In this document: one piece after another, positions 28,611 through 45,679 of the stretch
Layout of the letters: every line of letters starts with the position of its first letter
Numbering within the stretch: position 1 is the first letter of the stretch
Assembly: GCF_009914755.1 (NCBI RefSeq)
Contig: NC_060928.1
Origin: the human T2T-CHM13v2.0 reference genome, Homo sapiens
Length of the DNA: 64,000 nt
Strand: one strand, 5' to 3'
Translations under genes and position numbers: made by a program
The notes under the pieces: model-generated
Told to the model about the DNA's origin: nothing
Database searches by the model: none
What the model saw: the letters and a program-made list of their open reading frames with translations, nothing else

Positions 28611-30094
28611 TTCGTTCTCTCTCTTATTTCTGTCTCTATTGTCTAGGGCCTGGGTTGAAAGGACTTACTTGAAAAGAAAGAGAGGCGATTCTTATGGAGA
28701 GGTTAAAAAAGGAACTACAAAGGTTAGGGAAGTTACTGGTAGCTCCCAGGATTTTGAAGCATAATTGTTTTTGTGTCTGAGGATGCCAGTCTTTCCAAAC
28801 TAAGACTTTTTTTTTTTTTTTTTTAACATAGATGGAAGACTAATCATGTCTAGAGGTTGGAGTTTTGAATTGTTAGTAGAAATCTTAAAATAGTCATGTG
28901 AAAAATAACAGAAATTGTAGAATAGCAACAGTTAGATCTCAACTCAGATTAACAAATACATTTTGAGCTATCGTGTTAGCTTTAACTTACTAACAAGAAA
29001 ATATTTTTGTATTAAAAATTATCGTGCTAGTCACATTGTGGTGAAGTTCAACTACTATGCATTATGAGTGTGGGGGCACAGCAGAGCTTTGCTTTAGAAG
29101 CTGACTCACCTTGAACTGATTTTAATAAAAGCTTGAGGATGGTGGAAAGAGCTGGGTGGAACAATGCTTAATATTTCAAAGCAAGGACTTGAAAATCTAT
29201 TTCTGCTTCTTAGTAATAGGATCTCTGAGGTTCCAGAATTATTTTTGAACTGGTTCACTGGCTCTTGGAGGCCCTGCTGCCCCACGTCCATGGCACCGAT
29301 GAGGCTCTTGCCGTAATTGCTTTTCCACCTGGCATTTGATGAAAATTGGGGAATTACTTGGTCATATAGCTAAGAAGTATCCAGCGTTTATCCTCCTAGA
29401 GATTGGATTTAATGGCCAAATGGCTGGATTTGGCCGTGTCCATGTCTCAGAGCTGCTTAATTGTTAAAATTCCTGACTGCTGTGTTCCTCAATTCAGTTT
29501 CAAATTAAAAAGTCAAGTGTGTGTGTTTTGTATCTGTATTGTGAGGCAGGCTGTGATCTACCTTTTTGACTTACTCATTCCAGCCATGTATGTTTGTTCC
29601 TGGAACTTCCTTTAGCTCTGCACACACTCTTTTCTTCCTGCCCATCTGAGCTCAGCACGCCTTTTTGGAAGCCTTCCCTCTTTAATACCCTACTCTCACC
29701 GGACTTGTTTCACTTCTCTTGAACATCTACACACAAGTGCACTTGTTACTTTTCTTTCCTTAACTTTTCTGTAAACTGGGTGCCTTATATGGTGTGCAAT
29801 TTTAATTCCTTTATGGTTTAAAAGATTCTGCACAGGGCAAGCACATCTGTAGGTAGTGTTGTGTGGGTAGTATTGCCCTGTAAGTCCACGTTTTCTTTCT
29901 TTCAAGAGAAGCCATAAAGAAACCATTTGTTGTTTTTGCTTAAATATTAGCTCTTCAAATTTTTAAATTTTGGTGGCTTATGCACATTTTTTTAAAGTAC
30001 CATGTGTGCCAGTACAGCAAAGGCCAAACGACACATGTAGGCGCCTGTTTGGCGCCTGAAGCCATGATTTTGCCAACTCTGCAGAAAGCCAGTT

Positions 30095-30493
<399 letters not shown>

Positions 30494-31675
30494 TGACCCC
30501 ACCCATTGGATAATTTTCCTGCAAGGTAGTCTTGGTTAGACAGATTGGGAAACAGTATTTTATCCCCCTCTGGAGAATCTCATTAGCATATTGTTGGCAC
30601 TGAGAAGTTCAAAGTTAAAAAACAAAACAAAACTTTTTTTAAAACGCAGGATTCCCCAAGCTTACTTGACCATGGACCCTTCTTTCCACATCACATCTCT
30701 TAACATCCCATGGAGCTAGGATTCTGCAGAAAACACTTTGGGAAATGCTGCTGTAAGCCTTTTTTTTTTTTTCTCCTCGGTAGGCCAGAGAATAAATGCG
30801 AAGGCCAATCTCCACGAAATAATAATGTAATTCCATTCAAGACAAGAGGTGAAGAACAGATATTGCCTCTGCATTTTAACTCCTCCCAGTGCCATAAAAT
30901 GACAACTTGGTAAATGTTGATGTGAGTGTGAATCTTTTAAGGACCTGCCAATACCGAGAGTGAGAAGAGGAAAGGTGTGTGCTGTTTACTGCATGTTCTT
31001 TGAGATGTTAGTTCTGTTTCTTTGACTTTGCTCAGGTTTGTCATTTTGTGCAATGGTACATCCTGGTCCCATCACTACCAACGTGTTGCATAATGGATGA
31101 GGCTGAAGAGACCCAGGCAGCAGGCAGCAATTTAACAAAACAGAGAAAGAACAGAGCTGTTGATGGTTGGAAAATGCATTAGTCTTTTCTCTCTTTTACA
31201 AACAACAGATCCCTGTGTCAATCAGTAGTAAAATAGCAACTGGTCTGTTTTGCTGGTTCTACTGATCACCTCCCTTGCAGTGTAATCAAGAGTCTAGTTC
31301 AGGGCCTTTATCTCACCCTGATACAAGAATCAACTGAAAATGGATTAAAGACTTAAATGCAAAACCTGAAAGTACAAAACTACTAAAAGAAAACATAGGG
31401 GAAAACTCCATGACATTGGTCTGGGCAGTGATTTCTTGGATATGACCCCAAAGCACAGGCAGCAAAAGCAAAAATAGACAAATGAGATTGCATCAAACTT
31501 AAAAGCTTCTGCACAGCGAAGGAAACAGTTAACAGTATAAAAAGACAGCCTACAGATTGGGAGAAAATATTTGCAAATCATACATCAGATAAGGGGCCAA
31601 TGTCCAAAATATAGAAGGAACTGTAATGACTAATTAACAAGAAAACACATAACCTTATTTTAAAAATGGGCAAAT

Positions 31676-31975
31676 GGCAGGCACAGTGGTTTACGCCTGT
31701 AATCTCAGCACTTTGGGAGGCTGAGGCAGGGGCATCACCTGAGGTCAGGATTTTGAGACCAGCCTGGCCAACATGGAACAACCCTGTCTCTACTAAAAAT
31801 AAAAAAATTAACAAGGCACGGTGGTGCGCCCCTGTAATCCCAGCTACTCGGGAGGTTGAGACATGATAATTGCTTGAACGCATGAAGGGGAGATTGCAGT
31901 AAGTCAAGGTTGCACCACTGCACTCCAGCCTGGGCAACAGAGTGAGACTCTGCATCTCAAAATAAAAATAAAAAC
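31676..31975 (+). mobile_element. Alu (AluSx/Sz-like)
   Basis: Full Alu following AAAAATGGGCAAAT. Confidence 0.92.
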
Positions 31976-31985
31976 AAAAATGGGT

Positions 31986-32278
<293 letters not shown>

Positions 32279-33179
32279 AAAAATGGGCAAAGGACCTGGA
32301 TAGACTATTCTCAAAAGAAGACACACAAATGGCCAACAGATATATGAAAATATGCTCAACACCTCTAATCACTAGAAAAATGCAAAATAAAACCACAATG
32401 AGATATCACCTCACACCTGTTAGATTGGCTATTATCAAAAAGACAATAGATAACAAACATTGGTGAGGATCTGGAGAACGGGAACCCTCATACACTGTTG
32501 GTGGTATTGTAAATTAGTATAGCCATTTTGGAAAACAATAGGGAGGTTCCTCAAACAACTAAAAAATAAAATTATCATATGCTCCAGCATCCCACCAATG
32601 GGCATATACCCAAAGGAATTGAAATCAGTGTGTCGAAGAGATGTCTGTGTTCCCGTGTTGACTGCAGCACTATTCACCATAGCCAAGATATGGAAACAAC
32701 AGAGTGTTCACAACAGATTAAAATGTGGTATATATACACAAAGGAGTATTATTCAGCCTTAAAAAAAAAAGCCAGGAAATTCTGTCATTTGGACAATATG
32801 AGCGAACCTAGAGGACATTGTGCTAAATGAAATAAACCAGGCACCAAGAGACAATTTTCAGGAGTTTAGTGGAGACCTTTGCTTTTGTTTTCTATTGCCT
32901 ACCTGTATCCAGGAAATCAGAAACAGCCATCTGAAAGGACGCTAGTTTACATTATTCAAGTACTTGTGTCTTTCTATAAGATGTTGACTGTTTATAAATA
33001 AGAGTATATGCAAGTTTAGAAGTATCTGAATGTTTATATAGTTACATGCTTTGTTTTCAATCATTATTTGATAAAATTCTCCAATTTCATGAATATTCAG
33101 AAATTATAATACAGTTGGAGCACTGCAATTGGATTAACTCTTAGTCCTATAATGTATGTCATACAGACTGTGAGTTTGC

Positions 33180-33388
33180 AGTAGGGGTCTGGAGCCAGTT
33201 CATATGACTGGGGAGAAGGGATTGTGTCTGTTTCTTCCCCACTTTGCATTCAGTGATATCAGGTTGAGCATGAATTCAGCTAAGGTGGGAATGTTGAAAC
33301 CACAGAAGCTGGCAAATGCTGTACATTAGGAATCTCCCTATTCCCATGAGAACTGGTTGTTAAACAAACATTTTAGAACACCCTTAGT
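33180..33388. mobile_element. MER63A-like hAT element
   Basis: CTGGAGCCAGTTC...CATTCAGTGATATCAGGTTG...GGCAAATGCT...CTGGTTGTTAAACA. Confidence 0.6.
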
Positions 33389-33426
33389 CCTAGGTCATTT
33401 CTCAGGATGACTTGATTATAAAGAAT

Positions 33427-33672
33427 GTGGGAGTTGAACAGTGAGGACACATGGACACAGGGAGGGGAACATCACACCCTGGGGCCTGTTGGAGGGTGGG
33501 GGGCAAGGGGAGGGAGAGCATTAGGACAAATACCTAGTGCATGCGGAGCTTAAAAACTAGATGACTGGTTGATAGGTGCAGCAAACCACCATGGCACGTG
33601 TATACCTATGTAACAAACCTGCACATTCAGCACATGTATCCCAGAACTTAAAGTAAAATAATACAAAAAAAG
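33427..33672 (+). mobile_element. L1PA7/8-like 3' end
   Basis: GGACACAGGGAGGGGAACATCACAC...GTAACAAACCTGCAC...CCCAGAACTTAAAGTAAAA. Confidence 0.9.
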
Positions 33673-33751
33673 ACATTAAAAAGATTTTTAAAAATACAAT
33701 CAAGGACCTTTTAGAACACAGTGAGTGTTTTAACAATAACACAATTGCCTC

Positions 33752-33915
33752 TTATTTATTTATTTTTAGAGACAAGGTCTTGCTCTGTCGCCCAGGCTGG
33801 AGGGCAGTGGCATGATTATAGCTCACTGTAACCTTGAACTCCTGGGCTCAAGTGATCCTCCTGCCTCAGCCTTTCAAAGTGCTGGGATTCCAGACATGAG
33901 CTCTCACACCTGGCC
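33752..33915 (-). mobile_element. Free Alu monomer (FRAM/FAM-like)
   Basis: Single ~150-bp arm with (TTTA)n tail; TSD CACAATTGCCT. Confidence 0.8.
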
Positions 33916-34844
33916 CTCACAATTGCCTTTTATATCTTTATTCCTTTCTTCATTTCCCCAGTCTTTTGGTTAATGGTGTTTAAGCTGATGTGTGGCCACA
34001 AGGTCCCATTGTTTGTTGGTTGGTTGGTTAAACATGATTCTCACCTATTAGTTTCATAAAGAATAACCTTGCTTTTTTTCCTGTAATTTCAAGAGGATAG
34101 TCCAGTTTTGCATTGTTTCCTTAGAGTTCTTGGTAATACCCTGGAGACAGCACTTGTTCTTCATTGCTGTGGGCGTTGTTCGTGGAGGTGGAGGTAAGGA
34201 GAGCCAAATACAGAGCCTGAGCAAGGTTCACTCCTGTGCAGGCCAAGATGGCTGCTGCTGCCTCTGGCGGGGCAACACCACACTCTGCATCAGCAATGCT
34301 CAGTGATGAATGGCATTTTAGTGGGCTGGGTTACCACCTGCTGTCTGTATCACAAACCAGCCAAAAGAACAGATTTCCTGCCATAATACATTATTTATAA
34401 GTCTAAGGAACCAAAGGAAGATAAGTAGGGAAATATTTTGTTCCAAAAATGCCTGATGGTATTAAATGAGGCATCTTGTCTTCCTTCCTTCTGTTCCCCT
34501 CCACCCTCCCTTAATGGATATGTATTTTCATTCCATAGGGGACTGAGTTGTATATAGGATTATTTCAAGCTGGATTCTTTGGGTACTTGTGATGATTTTT
34601 TAAAAACAAAGATAAAAATCCAGGGACCTGACAAAGATTGTTATTATTTCACCCCTTTGGTGTTGAGTGAATTGACAATAAATGCACAGATGTGTTGATG
34701 TTTTTCTGGATTTGGGGGTTTATTTTCTTATTACACATTTTGAGGAAAAGGCGCATTGAAGAGAGCAGAAGGTGTCATAGGCAGTGGAAGTCTGATCTTT
34801 CTTTGCAACTCAACTGATAATAGGGGGAAATCAGCAACATATTT

Positions 34845-35010
34845 AGACAACATGGCACACTGGCTAGGAGGGCAGGTCAGGAGCCAGACTGCCCAGCTTA
34901 GAATCCTGGGTCTGCCACCTGCTAGCTATAGGAAATTGGGCAAATTACTTAATGGTCTGTACTTTTGTTTCTTCATCTGGAGACCAGGGATAATAATAAT
35001 GCTTATATCC
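34845..35010 (+). mobile_element. MIR
   Basis: GGAGCCAGACTGCC...TTGGGCAAATTACTTAA...TTTCTTCATCTG. Confidence 0.75.
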
Positions 35011-36749
35011 AGGCTCCTGATAGCCCACTGAGCACTTTTGTGTAAATTAGAAAAGGCAGCTCCCCAGGGTGGACTCTATGGGCTTGGGTACAGACAGTAG
35101 CTTTATGTGAATTAGGAAAACAGGACTCTTCCTTCAGAGGAGTTTGCGTGGTTTAGCAAAGAGAGCTCAGGCTGGGTGTTCCCCCCACCATGACAACCTG
35201 TGTAAGCAGCTGTGGTAGCTCTGACTACCACACCGGGTGCTGAGGAGTAAACGAGTTGATGAAGATTCAATAAAAGATGCTGTTATTATCATCATCATTA
35301 TTTTGAGGTGACAAGCTAGAGTAGAAGAGGGTTCAGAAGAGCCTGTAGTTTCGTGCAGAGTAATCTTAGAAAATGAAGCAATTTGCTGAAAGCCCTTGGT
35401 TATTAGCAAAACTGTGGCTAGAACACAGTTGTCTTGACTTTTGGTTTTTGCCAATCCTGACTAGGCGTTGCTACACAACTATGTGATTCAAACAAAAGGA
35501 CCATTGATAGAGGATAGGGGTGAGGGGCACTGCGGTCAGTCCCAGCCCCAGGTGCCACTGAGAGCCATTCAAATAACAAACTCTTAGAAGATGATGGGTT
35601 TTCCTCCTAAAACCAAACAGTATATATGTTCCTTTGTCCAGGATTTAAGTGTTCATTTAAAAATATACCATGAAGTAGGCATGTGGGGATCACAGCTACC
35701 ACCTTAATGGTGGACTTGAGGAATATTAGTAGATGAAGATGTATTTCTGTAATATTTGAACTAAACAGCTCTTAAAAGTAGCATTTCTCGCCACAGTGTT
35801 TTCTGAGTACAACTAAGTGGAAAAAAATACCTTTGTTTCTTATAAGAGGGAAAAACAAGGGAGTTGAGCTACTGTGCAAGTTAAGCTACATTTTTCCAGT
35901 TCCCTGTAAAACCTATTTCATTATAAAATGTAACACAAGTACAGAGAATTACATGAAACAAATACATAGCTTAGCTAATTATTGAAGGTGAACAGTCTTG
36001 TAATGACTACTCAAATCAAAAATTAGTATTTTACCACCCTGGAAGCACATTTGTTGCTATCCCTCAATGATCACTCCTTCCCTCCTTCCTAAAATCCTCT
36101 TCTCATTTTCCGTTGATCACTTCCTTGCTTTTCTTTATAGTTGTGTTGCCCAAGTCAAGCCCTTTTAAAGGATAGGCTGATTGAACTGTGATCATTCTGT
36201 CTTTATGCTGAGCATTTCACCATGTTTTATTTTCATTTGGTAATCTAATAACTTGTTTGGGTGAATTCTATTAGTTTCCTAACTTGAGTTTGATGCCTTT
36301 TTAAATGCCAAGAATTGGTGACATACAACAGTTTTGTGGTTACTTTGGATTCTTACCTAAAAATTATCCAGTTATTAGAATATCAAATAGTGAAATCGAT
36401 CACTTCATCAGACAGCTCTACAACTGTTACAGGACTGTGTGTTCTTGGCAGAGCCTCTAGTTCTAGTTCTTTGCCTGAACTCAGGAAGCCAAGGGGCTCA
36501 ACCCCTTCTTCCTTCCCATCCTCATTGGTAACGTCATGTCGATTTGATGGCTAGTATGTGCCATTTCTATGTAGTAAGCAGATGAAGAGTGAGTTGAACA
36601 TAAATGTAGTGACCAATAGTGAACTGGCAAATGAGTGTCATTAGTGAAAATAAATATGAAAAACTCCTAGAAATTAATGAGGTGGCACTGGACAGGTTGT
36701 TGACCTGAGTATTTTCCCTGGGCTGTTGAACTACTTTCAGCCCTAGCCC

Positions 36750-37620
36750 CCAAACATTTTATTGTGAATGTGTTGAAACATTCAAAAGAAAGAAAAAGAA
36801 AGGGAAGGGAAGGGGAGGGGAGGGAGATTGGTTCAAAGAGACCCATATACCCACCACCTAGTTTCAACAATTGTTAGAATTTTCTTTATTTGCTTCCTAC
36901 ACACACATTCCACTCTACTATTTTTTCGGTCATTTCAAAATAAATTATAGATGTCAAAACCCTTTCCATTTATTTTAGTATGCATCTCCAAAGTGCAAGA
37001 CCATTCCTTTATATAACCACCATGCCATTATCACTCTTTTTGTTTGTTCAAAATAGTATTTCACTTGGTCCTCCAGGCTAGAGCACAGTGCTGTGATCAC
37101 AGCTCACTGCAGCCTCCAACTCTTGGCTCAAGCTGTCCTCTTGCCTCAGCCTCCCAAGTAGCTGGGTCTACATGCATGTACCACCACACCCGGCCAAATT
37201 TTTTTGTTTTTTTATAGAGGTGGGGTCTCACTGTGTTGCCCAGGCTCGTCGAATTCTTGGCCTCAAGCAATTCTTTCACTTCAGCCTTTCAAAATGCTGG
37301 GATTACAGGCGTGAGCCACCGCGCCCAGCATCACTCTTAATAAGGTGAACAGTGATGCCCTAATATCATCAAATGACCAGTATATATTTAGCTTTCCCCA
37401 AATGTGCCCAAAACATTAATTATAAATATTCTTTTAAACTAGGATCTCATTAAGGAGTATACATTGCAATTGGTCATTATGTCTCATAAATCTCTTATCT
37501 AGAATAGCAACCCCTCCACTTTTCTTCATGACATCAACTTTTTGAAGTCCAGTTCTCTTATACAATGTGTCATTTTTTGGATTTGCATAACTGTTTCTTC
37601 ATAGTCTCATTTAACCCAGA
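36750..37620 (-). mobile_element. Old L1MC/ME 3' fragment interrupted by an Alu
   Basis: CCCATATACCCACCACCTAG...CATTGCAATTGGTCATTATGTCTC...TTCATGACATCAACTTTTTGAAG. Confidence 0.65.
37037..37329 (-). mobile_element. AluJ-like element
   Basis: ATCACAGCTCACTGCAGCCTCC...; flanking ATCACTCTT. Confidence 0.85.
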
Positions 37621-38105
37621 TAATGTGTATAGGAGGTTATCACATGGGCTTCCCCGTGTGATTTTGTGCTCAGCACTTACCAACCCAAATCCATCGTTGA
37701 AGTGGCAAATTTGCCTCAACTAGATTTTCTCTCCGCTGGGCAGCTTTTCTGAACAAAAATTGCAACCACCTGATTTAGACACTCCAGTTATGGATTTTCT
37801 TCTCCTTAAATATGAAGCTTGAAAAAAAAATAGAACTACCATTTTTGCACACTCAGTAAGTACTAAGTGTCCTATTAGATGGTTCCTACCCATGATTTCC
37901 AACCTACAGGTTGGACTGTTGTCAATCAGACTTCCATAACCATCTTTTAAAGGAAGCAGGCTCAGAGATGTGAAGCCATTTGTCCAGTTCCCAAGTGCCA
38001 GACCTGGAATTGGAATGTAGATCTGCCTAATTCACAGGTTTTATACTTCATTATGCTGAAGGCTAGCTGACAGATGGACTGATTTGCCAAAATTAGGCAA
38101 GAACT

Positions 38106-38411
<306 letters not shown>

Positions 38412-39109
38412 TCAAGCAGCAACATGATACCCAGGTAACAATAACACTGTGGTCAAAGCACATCTCTGCTCCTGGAAATGGAGGCAACCCATGTAGCCTA
38501 CGAGCTCTCCACTAGTCCATTTTCTTTCTAGACTCTTCCTTCTCTCTGCTCTCAAGTCAGTTACTAAGGCTTTATGCTGTGGTAAAGCTCATTTTGAGTG
38601 TTGTCTGTCTTTCTGTGCAGCTTCTGTTCTTCCTTTTTGCAAGGCAAGGGCAGCTTAAGGATGTGCAAACACAGTTTTGCTAAAGCCACTCGCATGTCTC
38701 CGGACTGACCCATTTTCTGCATCTAGATCATACAAGGGCTCGATCAGAGGATTTAATGCTCCCAGGATGCTTTTGAGCATCGGCTGTATTCTTAATTAGA
38801 TTTTTTTTTTTTTGTAGACTCTGTCAGTCTGTGTCTATAAACAGTACCTTCTGGTTTTCTGATGACATGATGAAAATATAAATGGATTCTGCAGATTGCA
38901 TTTTATTTTCCTCAATATTAAGCACTCAGAGCTGGTGCTGGAGGGAATTATGGTCGGATAATGTTGATTAAATAACCTCAGGGCTGGACTTCTGTGCTGT
39001 TTCTTTGCCAACACAAACTGAATAGATATAGGGAACTATTGTTATTAAAGAAAGTGTAGCAGTGTAACTGCCACAGGAAGAAGAGTTGGGCTTCAGAATG
39101 CAGCATGGT

Positions 39110-39250
39110 GGGGCGGTGAAGCCCTGGGCTGGGTGAAAGGAGAACTGAGTCTGGACTCATCCTTGCTGCTAGCTAGTTATATGACCTTGAGCAAGTCACC
39201 TGATTTCCAGGACATTATTTTCCTCATCTGTAAAATATAGGGGTTGTGCG
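39110..39250 (+). mobile_element. MIR
   Basis: TGACCTTGAGCAAGTCACCT...TTTCCTCATCTGTAAAAT core. Confidence 0.75.
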
Positions 39251-39259
39251 TATAACCTG

Positions 39260-40340
<1,081 letters not shown>

Positions 40341-41689
40341 AAATGTCTTTTGGGTTAGACAGTATGACAATATTAGAATATAAGAGGAGAGCCAGGAAAG
40401 CGTGGCCTTATTTAAGATCAGGGAGGAAGCTGAAAAAAGGACTGGAAAGGGAGAAACCAAGAATGAGATCCATGGCAATTTTATTATTGCTGCCAATAAT
40501 GATAATGGAATGTCCTGAGCTCTTACAATGGAGCAGGTAATATAATCTGGGTTTTAGAGACATTAATTTATTTATTCTTCATGCAAACCTTTGGAGTAGG
40601 TTCCATTAGCATGTCTTAATTAGGAAAGCTGAGGGTTGGTACAAGTTCATTAATTGCCTAAGATGATTTAGCTTATGCTGGGGGGCTGAGAATATAAGGA
40701 TTTTCAGTGAGTTAAATGAGGACAGCTTGCAGATGGCTGAGCTATGATGATAGGGTAATGGGTATAGGATACTCATATAGGAAGTTTGGGCTGTGATGGG
40801 AAGGAGAAGAACAGGATAGTGATTAGAGGGCTGGATCGAATGAGGGTTTTTAGGGAAAGAGGAAACTGCCATGCTATCACTAGAGAAATGATGGATGCTG
40901 TGGGTAGAGGGGTAAGGTTGACATACAAAGGCAGGACCTAGGGATGAGAAGGGATAGGGCCCAGAGCCTTAATGGAGGAACCCAGTTCAGGAAGGAGAGA
41001 ATGTATTTCTGCCTTTTGAGCTGGCAGGATAAAATGAAAAGATAGGTGTGGATATGGCATGTTTTTGGTGGGGGGTGTGGGGCCAGGGATGGTGGTTCTA
41101 AAGGAAAGTCTTCCCCAATGGTCTCTGTCTCATTGCAATTCCAACCATGAGATCATTGGCTATACATAGGAGTGGGAGAGTCCACGGAGAGATAATTAGG
41201 AGCAACAAGCAAAATGTCATTCTGGAAGAATCTCTTTAGAGGTAGGAAATTGGTGGGAAATAGGGAAATTGATTACCAAAGAACTCCTCCCCTTGCTCCC
41301 ATCTTCTGGGTTGTCTCTTTTGTTCTGGGTTCAGGTGTAACCCATAGTGCTGGCACACAAGGCCCTTCCCCATCTCGACCATGCCTACTCTGGCACCTCA
41401 TCACCTACCACCCTTCTCATCCCCACCTGCCGGGAACCCTGTGCTCAGGTCTTTGAAAGCTTTTGGTCTTTGTTCAAATAAACCTTTGTACAGGTCTTTG
41501 TATCTGCCTGGAGCGCCCTACTTCATCTCCTTCCTTGGGAAATTCCTTCTTATCTCAGGACCAACTCAAATGTCAGCCGCTCAAGGGCCTTCCCTGACTG
41601 TCTTAGGAGAGAGAGTTTATTCTTCAGCCCTCCCATAATATTTTGCTCAAATGCTGCACCAAAGGGTGCTTAACTGTGACATCAACTCT

Positions 41690-41910
41690 GTAGGCACATT
41701 CCCTGGGTTAAATCCAGGCTCTGTTTTTTACTAGTTTTGAGCCCTTGGGCAAGTTACTTAACCTTTCTGTGCCTGGATTTCTTTGGCTTTAAAATAGAAG
41801 CAATAATCAAACACCATAAAGTTGTTATGAGGTTTAAATAAATTAATGTGACAAGCATTTAGAACAGAGAGGGCATATTGTAGTTGTGATATGAATGTGA
41901 GCTCTTATCA
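41690..41910 (+). mobile_element. MIR
   Basis: CCTTGGGCAAGTTACTTAACCTTTCTGTGCCT...GTTGTTATGAGGTTTAAAT. Confidence 0.8.
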
Positions 41911-43469
41911 TTCAGCTATTTCTTCAGTTATGCAATTTGTGTTCATTGCTTCTTCCATGCTCTTGTAACTCTCTTCCATTAATTTATTGAAAACCACACA
42001 TCTTTTCCATCAATCTATTGTTTTCTAATGTTTTATTTTTTCCCTGGACTGTGATTTCTACAGGGTTGGGACCAGATCTTGTCATTTTGGTCTTACACCT
42101 TTTACACTGACTGACATAAAACAGGAATTTGGTAAATGATCGATTGGTTGATTTCTAATTATGGCTTACATGAGTGTGATCCATCAATGTTTACAAAGCA
42201 CTTCTGTAGAATTTTGATTTGATTGTTTCTAGCAATCCCACAAAGGGTTTATTCCTCAGAAAATGTCAAAAGTAGATAAATTTTGTTCTGCTTTATTTCA
42301 CAATTTAGGTATAAAAATATGCAGAGATGTTCTTCTTGTGAATTAAGTCAAATATAAATCAGAAGAGAGTAAGCATAATGAGCTACAGATTATCTTCAGT
42401 GAACTAATGAGGTGTTTGTAGGAGGAAATCACGGTCTTCTGAAAAGTGTGCCTGCTTTTGTACAATTTAGGGAATATATTCATGTCTTTCAAAAGTTGCC
42501 AAAATCTGTTAAATCTAGTATTTTGTTCCAGTTGCTTGAATCTAGGCACCATTATTTCATCAGCCAACAGAATCTCCTCTTAAGATCATTATAATAGGGT
42601 TTGTCAACATTTGTTTAAACTCTTCTTCAGACAGTTTGTGAGTGGACTGTAGTTTGTCTACCAGATTGCTTTCAAAAAACAACCAAAGATTAATGAAAAT
42701 ATTTCTAAAATACCTTTTATAAAAATGGGAACGATCAGGCTGCGAGACTGATTCTTGGCAGCCTTTGACTTTTTATGGCAATTACATAATAACAATGGTT
42801 ACAAAGAAATTAGCAGAGTGGAGCATACTCATATACAGTGTTTTATATCACATTGTAAACACACTGTGAAAATGTTGCCATAAAGTTGTGTGGTTTTCTT
42901 TATTAGACTGTTTTTTTTAAAGTCCCCCATGTTTCTTATTTGGATGGTTCAGAGCAGTGCCATTGACATAGACAAACTTAGAAACATAATTACCTTTTAG
43001 TCCTGTGGAAAGGAAATAGGATACAGATGAGCTTCCTCAATAATTACTTCCATAAAATAGTGTGATGACACATTAAAATCTCCTCTTGCTTCTGCTTTTG
43101 GTGTAACTGCTAAAGCAGATGAACACTTTTCTTTTCCTTTAAAATCATCAAGATTTTGGTGAATTATCCATTCATGGATAGTGTTAATCTTCGTGTCCCT
43201 CCAAGAAATATTTTGGTTAGTGAATTAATCCTAAAGCACAAAGCAAGAAAACTATGCTATTGGGCTTTCTTGAAAGGCACACAGGGCATAGTTGGTGACA
43301 TAATTGCCACCGTAAGTACTTCTGAGGGTCCCCTTTAATGGAGATATATATGGAAGTTTATTATGCCCACCTTTAAGACAGTAGTGTCCAATAGTTTTTG
43401 TCCGTGCATGCCCATTAGTTTGTGTGTTTCTATGTTTACTCCTTTGGTTTTATGTTGCTCACCATTAGG

Positions 43470-43900
43470 GAACTATGAGAACTTTCACTTAACCTTGAGT
43501 GAGATGGGGAGCTATGGGAGTGGGAGCGAGGGTCTGAGTGGAATGGTAGCATGATTTAATTTTACAGGATTACCCTGGCTGCTGGCTTGAGAATAGATGG
43601 AAGGGAGGCAAGGGTAGAAGCAGCAAGACCAGTTAGGAGACCCTTGACCTATGTAGGTGTAAGATGACAGTGGCTTGGAAAAAGACAATAGAATGCAGGC
43701 AGTGAGAAGCAATGATTCTGGCTAAGTTCTGAAGGGAGAATCAACAGGATTTGTTGATAGGTGTGGTTAGGTGTGGAAAGATAGAGGTCAAGCATAACTC
43801 TTAAGATTTTGGCTAAACAGCTGCAAAGATAGAGCTGTAAGGATTAAGTGATCAATGGGCAAGGATCAAGAGGATGAGAGAGCAGGATTTGGGGGACTGA
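43470..43900 (-). mobile_element. L2 fragment
   Basis: TGAGTGAGATGGGGAGCTATGG...GCAAGACCAGTTAGGAG...AACAGGATTTGTTGAT. Confidence 0.7.
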
Positions 43901-44394
43901 TGAAGTGCTCCTGACATTGCATGCAGCTTTTCCCCTACTGGCCCCTGAATGCTTCTGAACCTGGGCTCTCTCTTCATCACTTCCATCTCGGGCTCTTTTT
44001 AAGAGCTCTGCTAAGCTTCCCGTTCTCCTAAGCTTCCCATCCTGCCCTTGTGTCTTTGGAGAGTGATCATGAGCTGATGGTTTGCCCAGTGCCTTGTCTG
44101 GAAAGTTACTGAGAGTCCTTCGTCAGTCAGGATCCAGGTGGCACAGTAATAAGGGAAGGCAGTCACTTTTTATGTACCCTGCAAATGGACTGTTGGTACT
44201 GGTGGTTGATTCTTGGCAGCTGTTTTGCTGTTTATAGCAATGGCTTATGCTGTCATGAGGGGAACAGGAATTAGCAGTCTTTATAGTTAGTATATAGAAT
44301 GTGTGATATTGTAAACATATTATAAAGATGTTGCTGAGAGGGGTAGTTGAGACAGGCCATCCCAAATCCTGACTCCAGTGGAAGGTCTTCCCTC

Positions 44395-45000
<606 letters not shown>

Positions 45001-45351
45001 CCTTATTGAATTTCTGCAGTCTGTACAGCTGTTGATCCTCCTAACAAAGATCCAAGTGCATCTATCCTAAATAGATGGAATGGATGGCATTTGAATCGGT
45101 GGAGAGCAGTGTGAAGACCGTGCTCGGTCCTAATGGGCATGGGAGAGGGACAACAGAGAGCAGAGGAGGAGGAACAGAGGTGGAAACTAGCATCTTCCTG
45201 CAAACACATGGTGCCTATTCCCAGAATTGGGTCTAAGAAATTGAATTTGATCAGACTACATCTTGGGGGACTTTTGATTAGCAGACTGACTTTTAGATTA
45301 TTGTATCAACCTCTACTTGAAAATTTTCAGTGGCTATGCATTACATACTAA

Positions 45352-45679
<328 letters not shown>

